From a virus, in the IMG/VR virus record IMGVR_UViG_3300027898_000003, positions 1-56,910 of that record: a stretch of DNA of 56,910 nt; one strand, written 5' to 3'. This document shows positions 23,448 through 31,369 of the stretch, one piece after another (within the stretch, counting starts at the first letter, position 1; each line of letters starts with the position of its first letter). Below the pieces are notes generated by a model. The model made no database searches. It was not told where the DNA came from and saw only the letters and a program-made list of their open reading frames with translations. The position numbers were made by a program, and so were the translations under genes.

Positions 23448-24179
23448 ATGACCATCCTTTTATCCCCGTCGGTCGGCGGTACGCTAATCACGTACAGCTC
23501 GGTCTTTGGCGACATCATGGCCAACTTGTCCGGTGTGCCCGACGTGGTGTTGAACTTTTACATGAACAAGGTCGCCATTGACTTGTGTGAGCGCGCGAAA
23601 GTTTGGAGGGTCAATTACGGGGCGCTGCCGCTTACCCAAGGCACCTACGTCAACGGAGTGCAGACGGTCATAGCACCCACCACTTATTACGTCACGTCCC
23701 CTGTGGCCAACACAGAGTTGTCGGCTATTTTGCTGGCCAAGAACTACTTGACCACGGCTAACGATTGGCAACCGCTGGATATAGTGACCACTGAGCAGGT
23801 TTTTGAAGTGGCGCCGGATTGGCCCAGCATCAATGGCAGTGGGCAGCCCGTTGCAGTCACTCGGCTGGACGAGGCTTCAATTGCTGTAGTTCCGGCCCCA
23901 GATAACAACGACACGTACACCATTTACCTGTACTGCGCCATTCGGCCCACGCTTACCGCAACCACCATCGACAGCACCATCTACGCCACCTACCGCCGGG
24001 CCATTTACCACGGGGTATTGCATGAGCTGTTTATGATGCCTAAAAAGCCGTGGACCGACACCGATCGCGCCAAATACCACGGCGCTCAGTGGGAGTTCAT
24101 GGTAAATTCCGCCCGGGCCCGGGCCAATAAGAGTTTCGGACGCGCTAACCTGACGGTTGTGCCGCAACCTTGGGCATAA
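23448..24179 (+). CDS. virion structural protein (243 aa)
   Basis: ATG 23448, 1 nt after the upstream stop. Internal start of track ORF 23355..24179. Confidence 0.45.
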   Translation: MTILLSPSVGGTLITYSSVFGDIMANLSGVPDVVLNFYMNKVAIDLCERAKVWRVNYGALPLTQGTYVNGVQTVIAPTTYYVTSPVANTELSAILLAKNYLTTANDWQPLDIVTTEQVFEVAPDWPSINGSGQPVAVTRLDEASIAVVPAPDNNDTYTIYLYCAIRPTLTATTIDSTIYATYRRAIYHGVLHELFMMPKKPWTDTDRAKYHGAQWEFMVNSARARANKSFGRANLTVVPQPWA

Positions 24180-24188
24180 AGGAAATAC

Positions 24189-24938
24189 ATGGCACAAGTT
24201 CTTTTAGCCAACAACGCGTACACAACACTGGCAATAGGTTGCGCATCCACTGACACGTCCATCACGGTCACGTCCAGCAGCTTGTTTCCGTCGGTGACGA
24301 CAGCTTCGGGCAACTGGTTCTACGCCTGTTTCCAAGACACGCTGGCCAACTTGGAAATTATGAAGGTCACCAACGTGTCCGGCGCGGTGTGGACTGTTAC
24401 GCGGGCTATCGGCGGCACAACCGCCCGGGCGTTCACGGCTGGTGCAGTTATCGAGCTGCGGGTTACCGCGGAAACGCTCAACGACGTGACGAACTACAAC
24501 GTCGGCACCGTCGTGCAAAACTCGACGCAGATGTACCTGACCGCGGTGGCGGGCACCAACACCATCACTGCAACGCTGCCGGCGCCGTTTAGCGCGTACG
24601 CTGCGGGTCAAAAGTTCCATTTCATTGCTGCCGCGGCCAACACCGGGGCGGTGACCATCAACATCAACTCGGTCGGCGCCAAGTCAATTACGAAGAACGG
24701 CACAACCCCGCTGGCCACCGGAGACATCACGGCTGGTGCAGCGTACATCGTCATGTACGACGGTACAGAGTTTCAGTTGCTCGGCGGCGTAGGCGCCAAC
24801 GGCGGGGTCAACCAGCTGACACAGGCCAACGGGTACACCGTCGCGGCAGGCACCGGCCAAGTGTTTGTGGGCCCAATCACGATACCGACCGGGCAGCAAG
24901 GCATTGTTCAAACAGGCGGAAGGTTGGTGATACTGTGA
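24189..24938 (+). CDS. tail fibre protein (proximal)
   Basis: NTGAVTININSVGAKSITKNGTTPLATGDITAGAAYIVMYDGTEFQLLG is a recurrent phage tail-fibre motif. Confidence 0.7.
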   Translation: MAQVLLANNAYTTLAIGCASTDTSITVTSSSLFPSVTTASGNWFYACFQDTLANLEIMKVTNVSGAVWTVTRAIGGTTARAFTAGAVIELRVTAETLNDVTNYNVGTVVQNSTQMYLTAVAGTNTITATLPAPFSAYAAGQKFHFIAAAANTGAVTININSVGAKSITKNGTTPLATGDITAGAAYIVMYDGTEFQLLGGVGANGGVNQLTQANGYTVAAGTGQVFVGPITIPTGQQGIVQTGGRLVIL

Positions 24939-25426
24939 CCATTACGATTGACGGCACCGCCGGTGTAACTTTTCCTGACACCTCAGTTCAACCAAAGTCG
25001 AGTTATGGGCCAGCGTTCAGTGCGTATCAGAGTACGTTGCAATCTGTACCCAATGCAACCCCAACCAAAATTCAATTTCAAACTAAAGAGTTTGACACCA
25101 ATACGGCTTACGACAACGTAACGAACTACCGCTTTCAGCCAACAGTTGCAGGATATTACCAAATGTCAGGAAGCGTTGGGGTTGCAACGTCAACTGCAAA
25201 TTTTGTTAATTCAATTTACAAGAATGGTGCAAGGTTTAAGGACAGTACTTTGGCGGGAAATGCAGCAAATGCCACATATAGCGTTCAAGTTTCTGCTTTG
25301 GTTTATTTGAACGGTTCAACAGATTACGTCGAGTTGTGGACTTCTCAAAGTTCTGGTGGTGCTTTGAATACCACAGCAACAAATTACCAGACCTACTTCC
25401 AAGGTATATTCATCCGAGGCGCATAA
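24935..25426 (+). CDS. tail fibre protein with C1q/TNF-like globular domain
   Basis: GTGA overlap start. FSAY...IQFQTKEFDTNTAYDNVTNYRFQPTVAGYYQMSGSV...YKNG...VYLNGSTDYVELW...YFQGIFI. Confidence 0.55.
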   Translation: MTITIDGTAGVTFPDTSVQPKSSYGPAFSAYQSTLQSVPNATPTKIQFQTKEFDTNTAYDNVTNYRFQPTVAGYYQMSGSVGVATSTANFVNSIYKNGARFKDSTLAGNAANATYSVQVSALVYLNGSTDYVELWTSQSSGGALNTTATNYQTYFQGIFIRGA

Positions 25427-25429
25427 CAC

Positions 25430-26032
25430 ATGACCACAACAACAATCCAAGCCCCCGGCGCTGGTGGTGACGGTTTCTCCACTACAGCAGGCAATGATGG
25501 AACCCTGACCATCGCAGTCGGGCCAACTGGCGCGAAGGTGAATGCAATGGTATTGGACGCAGCGGGTAATCCTACGTTGCTGAAAGCGCCTATCAATAAC
25601 GCTGCTCCTTGTTTTAGTGCTAGTTATGCAGGAACAACAACTTCTACTTCTGGTGCAACTACAAAAGTTCCATACTCTATAAAAGATTTTGATCTTACAA
25701 ATGCTTATGACAACACAACTAATTTTAGGTTTCAACCATTAGTTGCAGGTTATTATCAAATTATAGCTTCTTGTGCTTTTGGCGGGGCTGGTGCAAGTGC
25801 GGGTATTTCTCGTTTATATCTTAATAAAAATGGAGCCCAATATAAATATCAAGACATGTATTTTCCCACTACTTCAGTTCCTGTAAACAATTTGTCAGAT
25901 ATAGTGTTTTTAAATGGATCCACTGATTATATTGAAGTAACTGCATTTCAAAATACAGGATCAACTCTTTCAGTGGGCGGTAGTGCGTTATTAAACAAAT
26001 TTCAAGGTGTTCTTCTTGTAAGGACTGCATAA
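25430..26032 (+). CDS. tail fibre protein with C1q/TNF-like globular domain (paralog of 24935..25426)
   Basis: FSASY...YSIKDFDLTNAYDNTTNFRFQPLVAGYYQIIASC...LNKNG...VFLNGSTDYIEVT...KFQGVLLV. Confidence 0.55.
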   Translation: MTTTTIQAPGAGGDGFSTTAGNDGTLTIAVGPTGAKVNAMVLDAAGNPTLLKAPINNAAPCFSASYAGTTTSTSGATTKVPYSIKDFDLTNAYDNTTNFRFQPLVAGYYQIIASCAFGGAGASAGISRLYLNKNGAQYKYQDMYFPTTSVPVNNLSDIVFLNGSTDYIEVTAFQNTGSTLSVGGSALLNKFQGVLLVRTA

Positions 26033-26033
26033 C

Positions 26034-26864
26034 ATGGCTGTCGATATTGTTTTCAACAACGGTGGCGCTCAGTTTGCGGATGGAACTGTTCTTCCTTCGG
26101 GCGGCACACTTCAACAGCAATCCATCGGCGCATCAGTTGCATCCAATGCGCTGACTGTCAACTACAACGGTGGGCCTCTAGCCTTCCGCAACGCTACGCT
26201 GACCACCGGAACCCCTGTCAACATCCAAGTGGGTGCGCTATCCCTTGTCGTGCCATCTACGGCGACTCTGGGAACTGTTGCCACTATCCAAGCACAGTTG
26301 GCATTGCTTGTTGCTTACAACTCTGGTTCTCCGGTTTTGTGCGTTGTAAACATGGCAGGCGGCGTTAACCTTGATGAAACCACGCTAATCAGCCCAACCA
26401 CAATAAGCACGGGCGCTACGTCTGCAAGCGTAATTTACTCCTCAAGTTCTGTAGGTGCTAATTCACCGTTCCGAGTGGTTGGTTACATCAACATCACAGA
26501 AGCCACGGCGGGTACTTGGCTAACTGCTCCGACATTGGTGCAGGGTTATGGCGGTCAAGCAATGGCTGCGATGCAGTCGCTTGGGTTTGGGCAGACTTGG
26601 CAAAACTTAACAGGAGGTCGTGCGGTAGGAACAACTTATTACAACACCACCAATAGACCAATAACTGTGGCGGCGGCTTTTACAAACTCATCTGCAAACA
26701 CTTATTTCGGTTTAACAATTAACGGTGTTAGTGTTTATGCAGGTGCAAACAATAATGCTGGACAAGTTGGCGCATTTTCTATAGTTGTTCCTCCTAACGC
26801 TTCATATGTAACTATTACAAACACAGGAACATTGAATTTGATTAATTGGGATGAATTGAGGTAA
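26034..26864 (+). CDS. tail fibre protein (distal)
   Basis: C-terminus GQTWQNLTGGRAVGTTYYNTTNRPITV...INGVSVYAG...VVPPNASYVTI...INWDELR matches a widespread fibre-tip module. Confidence 0.65.
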   Translation: MAVDIVFNNGGAQFADGTVLPSGGTLQQQSIGASVASNALTVNYNGGPLAFRNATLTTGTPVNIQVGALSLVVPSTATLGTVATIQAQLALLVAYNSGSPVLCVVNMAGGVNLDETTLISPTTISTGATSASVIYSSSSVGANSPFRVVGYINITEATAGTWLTAPTLVQGYGGQAMAAMQSLGFGQTWQNLTGGRAVGTTYYNTTNRPITVAAAFTNSSANTYFGLTINGVSVYAGANNNAGQVGAFSIVVPPNASYVTITNTGTLNLINWDELR

Positions 26865-26866
26865 TT

Positions 26867-27211
26867 ATGACTATCTGGATTGACTCAAACAACGTACTGC
26901 ACGATGACATGGATGGTCAGGCACTGTCGCTACCTTCATGGCCGCAAGGCATGACTCAAGCAACGCAAGAGCAGATTACCGCCATCACGACTCCACCGAC
27001 TTTAACTGCACAGCAACAAGCACTTGCCCAGATCGTTGCGATTGAACAGGCGAACCCTTTCACGCACCGTCATTTTCGAGATGCGTTTGACACGATTACG
27101 CAAGTGATCGTAGCGGTAAATCCGACTTACGACATGAGCAAGATTCCCGGTTTTGCGGCAGTTGCGTCGGTGGAGGCGCAAATAGCGGCGCTCAGGAGCA
27201 ACTTGAAATGA
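26867..27211 (+). CDS. hypothetical protein (possible fibre assembly factor)
   Basis: 114-aa ORF directly after the fibre genes. Confidence 0.4.
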   Translation: MTIWIDSNNVLHDDMDGQALSLPSWPQGMTQATQEQITAITTPPTLTAQQQALAQIVAIEQANPFTHRHFRDAFDTITQVIVAVNPTYDMSKIPGFAAVASVEAQIAALRSNLK

Positions 27212-27579
27212 CCAACTTCCAATATTGGCTTTGCTTCCACTTTGCTTCATTGCCCGTGATGTGGGTGCTGTTTTACTTTTTGTATCACACGCTCAAGGGT
27301 GACACAACCAAGTACGCGCCTATTTGGATTATTGGTGTGGTGGTGGACGTCTATGTAGACGTCTTCTGGGGGAGCCTGATTTTCTTGCAATGGCCTTCGC
27401 TTGAGCGTTTGTTTTTCTCTGCTCGACTTGATGACCTGATTCGCAATGGCACGGGCTGGCGCAAGGCTCTTGCCATTCAGATCGTCGGCAGGTTCTTGGA
27501 ACCATATGACCTGTCAATTCCTAAACAACATACCACATACGGCTTGTACCCCGTTAACATTCACTTCTCTGGAGTTTGA
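27208..27579 (+). CDS. membrane protein (123 aa)
   Basis: Hydrophobic segments LCFHFASLPVMWVLFYFLY and IWIIGVVVDVYVDVFWGSLIFL. Confidence 0.55.
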   Translation: MTNFQYWLCFHFASLPVMWVLFYFLYHTLKGDTTKYAPIWIIGVVVDVYVDVFWGSLIFLQWPSLERLFFSARLDDLIRNGTGWRKALAIQIVGRFLEPYDLSIPKQHTTYGLYPVNIHFSGV

Positions 27580-27582
27580 CCT

Positions 27583-27750
27583 GTGAACCCGCAAGAAACA
27601 CACGATGCGTTTATCAAAGTAGCGATCGCTTGGACCGCCATGGCGCTAGGTGCATTTACACTTTCGCAAGCCGTGCTTTGCGCTACGTTGATATATACCG
27701 TTTTGCAGATTTTTATACTGCTGTACCGAGTCTTTAGGGGAAAAATATGA
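27583..27750 (+). CDS. holin-like protein (55 aa), not in ORF track
   Basis: GTG start 8 nt after GGAG. Hand translation VNPQETHDAFIKVAIAWTAMALGAFTLSQAVLCATLIYTVLQIFILLYRVFRGKI shows two TM segments and a basic tail. ATGA overlap with the peptidase gene. Confidence 0.55.
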   Translation: MNPQETHDAFIKVAIAWTAMALGAFTLSQAVLCATLIYTVLQIFILLYRVFRGKI

Positions 27751-28133
27751 CGTGGACTTACGAACAAGCTACGGGTAATTTACTAGACCCCAATGGGGTA
27801 CTGGTAGCTACGGGGTACGCTGGAGGAAACTGCGGCAAAAACCCTGAAGGCAAGAACAACCCGGACATGCAAGACCAGCCCTGCATCGGTCCTTTGCCGC
27901 AAGGTGTGTATAGTTTTTCGGAAACTGAAGACTCCCCCACGCTTGGCCCCTTTGCCATTATCTTGGTGCCCAACGCCGCCAACGAGATGTTTGGCCGGTC
28001 CACGTTTCGCATGCACGGAGACAGCATTTCGCACCCCGGCGCTGCGTCTGAAGGTTGCATCATCATGCCGCGGTCCATACGCGAAAAAGTCTTTGGAAGC
28101 GATGACGACACGATCACAGTGGTGCGCGGATGA
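27747..28133 (+). CDS. YkuD-fold L,D-peptidase-like protein (DUF2778/Tlde1-like), candidate endolysin
   Basis: GPLPQGVYSF ... FRMHGDSISHPGAASEGCIIMP (His ... S-x-G-C catalytic pattern). Flanked by holin-like and spanin genes. Confidence 0.6.
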   Translation: MTWTYEQATGNLLDPNGVLVATGYAGGNCGKNPEGKNNPDMQDQPCIGPLPQGVYSFSETEDSPTLGPFAIILVPNAANEMFGRSTFRMHGDSISHPGAASEGCIIMPRSIREKVFGSDDDTITVVRG

Positions 28134-28411
28134 AACTTCTGGCCTTTCTCGACTACCCGGGGCGCAAATGGTGCCTCATGGACATGGTTACAAACCATCA
28201 AACGGGCAAGTTGCGGGAGACTGCTTTTTTCTCTGTATTGGGCAAATTTTCGGTGCTGTGGGCGTACATTAAATACGTTACCGCACAGAACTATGAGACG
28301 ATGACTGCTGTGATGGCCGGCATTTTGATTGTGCATGAGGTCGTCAAGGCGTACCAAAATCAGCAACAGCAAAAACTGGACAAGACCAATGCCACTCAGC
28401 CTACTTCTTAA
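28130..28411 (+). CDS. membrane protein, second holin/antiholin candidate (93 aa)
   Basis: Two hydrophobic segments (AFFSVLGKFSVLWAYIKYV, TMTAVMAGILIVHEVV) and a polar C-terminus. Confidence 0.5.
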   Translation: MKLLAFLDYPGRKWCLMDMVTNHQTGKLRETAFFSVLGKFSVLWAYIKYVTAQNYETMTAVMAGILIVHEVVKAYQNQQQQKLDKTNATQPTS

Positions 28412-28868
28412 TCCGCGCGTCTGGATGGCAATAATTTTGGTCGTGCTGGAAGCCATGGGCGGCTGGAAGCTGTACCGGATGGGTACCCGTGCCGGCGACG
28501 AAAAACTCGCTGCGTACAAGGCTGAGCAGACCCAACTGCAGCTTGATGCCGAAGTCAAAGCGCGCGCCAAAGAGACTGAATTGATCAACACCAATCAGAA
28601 AGTGACGGAGAACTATGAATCGCTTAAAACTGCTACCGCTACCGCTGTTGGCGCTCTTGACGCTGAGCGCGTGCGGCTCATGTCCCGCCTTGCCGCCGCC
28701 AGTGGAGCCCCCAAAGATTCCGGCACCGGACTCGTCCTTAATGCACCCCCCCAAGACCGGATTCGTGATCAATGCCTCGGACGATATGAAGAAGTGGCAG
28801 GAGATGCTCAAGCCCTGAGCGATCAGGTCGTTGCGTTGCAAAGTTACATCCAAAAAGAATGTAAATAA
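28389..28868 (+). CDS. i-spanin (Rz-like)
   Basis: ATG 28389. N-terminal TM RVWMAIILVVLEAMGGW, then a coiled-coil-like periplasmic domain. An embedded lipoprotein gene lies in the +1 frame. Confidence 0.75.
   Translation: MPLSLLLNPRVWMAIILVVLEAMGGWKLYRMGTRAGDEKLAAYKAEQTQLQLDAEVKARAKETELINTNQKVTENYESLKTATATAVGALDAERVRLMSRLAAASGAPKDSGTGLVLNAPPQDRIRDQCLGRYEEVAGDAQALSDQVVALQSYIQKECK
28615..28818 (+). CDS. o-spanin (Rz1-like lipoprotein), fully embedded in the i-spanin gene
   Basis: MNRLKLLPLPLLALLTLSACGSC has a signal peptide and LSAC lipobox. Pro-rich mature part. +1 frame inside 28389..28868. Confidence 0.8.
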   Translation: MNRLKLLPLPLLALLTLSACGSCPALPPPVEPPKIPAPDSSLMHPPKTGFVINASDDMKKWQEMLKP

Positions 28869-30991
28869 TGGGCGCAATATCCATAATGAAATTTCTGGGG
28901 GAAGCGCCCAAGCTCGACCCTGAATTGCTGCCCAACTCCGCGGCGCAAATAGCCACCAACGTCAAGTTGTTTTCAGGCGATTTGACGCCGTACAACCAGT
29001 CGTCGTTGGTGCAAGCGCTGCCAAAAACCGGCCCCATCACGTCGGTGTACCCTATCGACAACGGTACCGGCGGTTTTTACTGGTTGCACTGGAACACAGA
29101 CGTGGACGCCATACGCGCGCCGGTTCCCAACAACTCGGTCGGGCTGGCCAATGACCAGCGCACGTACTACACCGGCGACGCCACTGGCAACGGAGAGCCC
29201 AAGGCAACAACGGCAACTCTGGCGATCACCGGGGCTGGTACTGCGTACCCGTACACGTATTACACATTGGGTTTGCCGGCACCGCTTACCGGGCCCACTA
29301 TATCGGCGACTTCGTTTGCCCCCATAACCTTGTCCACGTTGCCCACCCGCGCGGTGTCCGGGGCGGCCTTGGTGACTGTTACGACTCCTTCTGCGCACGG
29401 GCTCAACACCGGCGCATACGTCACCATTTCCGGCGCTACGGGCGACACATCGTTCAACGTCACCAACGCTCAGATCACGGTCACTGGCACCACCACGTTT
29501 ACATACTACGCCGCCGGCGCAAACACCACCGCCGCGGGCACGATTGTGGTCAACCTTGGTGGTCTATCCACCGCGCGCACTTACGTCTATACGTGGATTA
29601 CCAAGTGGGGTGAGGAATCCGCGCCGTCACCGGTGTCGAACACGCAGTTTGTTTACGAAGGCCAGACGGTTACGGTAAGCGGGCTGCCAACCACATTTCC
29701 TACGACTGGTGTGTACGCCGGCGGCGTGTACCAAACCACGGGCATGACGCTCAACATCTACCGCACCGTAGCGTCCACCACTGGCACCACATACTATTTG
29801 TCGGGTAACGTAACGCTTGGCACCACAACATTTACCGACAATTTACCGCTGACAAGTTTGGTGACTTATTTGCCCTCGACGACGTGGTACCCACCGCCTG
29901 CCGGGCTCAAAGGCATACGGGCCATTCACAATGGCATTTTGGTGGGTTTCTTTGGCACCACCGTGTGCTTTTCGCAGCCCGGGCAACCGCATAGTTGGCC
30001 CACCGCGTACTACCAAGAAATTGGGCGCACTGTTGTCGCCGTAGGCAACGTGGGAACCACTGTGGTTGTGCTGACCGACGCCAACCCGTGGATTATTCAG
30101 GGCTCGACGCCGGCCGTGATGCAAAAGGTGCGCCTCGACACCAACATGCCTTGCGTCTCCAAACGCTCCATGGTCAGCATGGATTGGGGGCTGTGCTACG
30201 CCACGCGCGGCGGTATCGCTGTGTTTTCGTTGTACCAAGGCGCATCGCTGCCAACAAGCTACGTGTATGACTGGGACAACTTTCGCACCATCGTTGACCC
30301 AACAACGATCACGGCCATCCGGTACAACAACAAGTACATGGCGCAGCATTCGCAGGGCATGTTTATATTCGAGAAAGACGACCATACCGGCGGCTTCCTG
30401 ACCGAAACAAACCAAGGCACGACTGCGCTTTACTACAACACCAACACTGCGCAGGTATTTTTTGCGCAGGGCACGCCATCTTCGTTGTTCTTGTGGGATG
30501 ACCCAACACAGCCGTACAACACCTTCCAATGGAAATCCAAGGTGTTTCGCACCAAAGACTTCCTGAATATCGGCGCGGCGCGCGTGATTGCCAACTTCGC
30601 CGGCGGCACGTCGGTGACCAACGCAAACGCGGCCATATTGGCCAACAACATCTCGTACATCAACAATCACATAACGGCCGGGCCATTGGCCGGCAGCGGG
30701 ACCCGGTTTACCACCAGCCCGACAGGCACCAACGTGGACATCGGCGGCTCGCTTGGGCAGATTAAGGTTGCCGGCAGCCGCATAGCCCCGCAGCTCAGCA
30801 CCACGTCGGCGCTAACGATGTATTTCTACGTCAACGGCACGCTTGCTTCGACGGCAACGGTTGTCAATGACACGCCGTTTAGGCTACCTACCGGATACCG
30901 CGTGGATAAATTCGAGGTGCAGCTTATCGGCAATGCGCCGGTGCGCCAAGTGCAGCTTGGTGAAACCCCAATGAGTTTGAAGGCTGTGTAA
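28868..30991 (+). CDS. large virion structural protein (candidate tail/nozzle component)
   Basis: 707-aa ORF. Function is inferred from size and position only. Confidence 0.5.
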   Translation: MGAISIMKFLGEAPKLDPELLPNSAAQIATNVKLFSGDLTPYNQSSLVQALPKTGPITSVYPIDNGTGGFYWLHWNTDVDAIRAPVPNNSVGLANDQRTYYTGDATGNGEPKATTATLAITGAGTAYPYTYYTLGLPAPLTGPTISATSFAPITLSTLPTRAVSGAALVTVTTPSAHGLNTGAYVTISGATGDTSFNVTNAQITVTGTTTFTYYAAGANTTAAGTIVVNLGGLSTARTYVYTWITKWGEESAPSPVSNTQFVYEGQTVTVSGLPTTFPTTGVYAGGVYQTTGMTLNIYRTVASTTGTTYYLSGNVTLGTTTFTDNLPLTSLVTYLPSTTWYPPPAGLKGIRAIHNGILVGFFGTTVCFSQPGQPHSWPTAYYQEIGRTVVAVGNVGTTVVVLTDANPWIIQGSTPAVMQKVRLDTNMPCVSKRSMVSMDWGLCYATRGGIAVFSLYQGASLPTSYVYDWDNFRTIVDPTTITAIRYNNKYMAQHSQGMFIFEKDDHTGGFLTETNQGTTALYYNTNTAQVFFAQGTPSSLFLWDDPTQPYNTFQWKSKVFRTKDFLNIGAARVIANFAGGTSVTNANAAILANNISYINNHITAGPLAGSGTRFTTSPTGTNVDIGGSLGQIKVAGSRIAPQLSTTSALTMYFYVNGTLASTATVVNDTPFRLPTGYRVDKFEVQLIGNAPVRQVQLGETPMSLKAV

Positions 30992-31368
30992 TGGCGTCAT
31001 TTGCACCAATCCCTGACGTGCCCTTGGAGGGCTTAAACGCGGCTGAAGCAAACTTGTTTCGCGCGATGAAAGAGAACATTGAAATTTTGTGCGGGCAAAA
31101 CGCGCAGGCCAGCTACCACGCCATCACAAACGACGAAATTACCGTCGCCGCGCAAGCTAACCCGCAAATTGTTCCAATGACTTCCCTTGGGCTTGTCGCC
31201 GGCACCACGTACACCAACGGCGCCAACTTGGCAGCGCAAACCGGGGCCATCACAATCGTCAACGCACAGAGTTACCTAGCACTGCTTAACGACGTGCAGC
31301 AGTTACAAAATGCTGTCACATACCTCACAAGTGTTGTAAACTTGCTGATAACCCAGCTACGGAGCTAA
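30991..31368 (+). CDS. hypothetical virion-module protein (125 aa)
   Basis: ORF with overlapping stop/start. Confidence 0.5.
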   Translation: MASFAPIPDVPLEGLNAAEANLFRAMKENIEILCGQNAQASYHAITNDEITVAAQANPQIVPMTSLGLVAGTTYTNGANLAAQTGAITIVNAQSYLALLNDVQQLQNAVTYLTSVVNLLITQLRS

Positions 31369-31369
31369 T

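Noticed and set aside
24189-26864. Diversity-generating retroelement acting on the fibre genes
   Set aside because: There is no reverse transcriptase gene and no template/variable repeat pair. The two C1q-like paralogs are diverged at the nucleotide level throughout.
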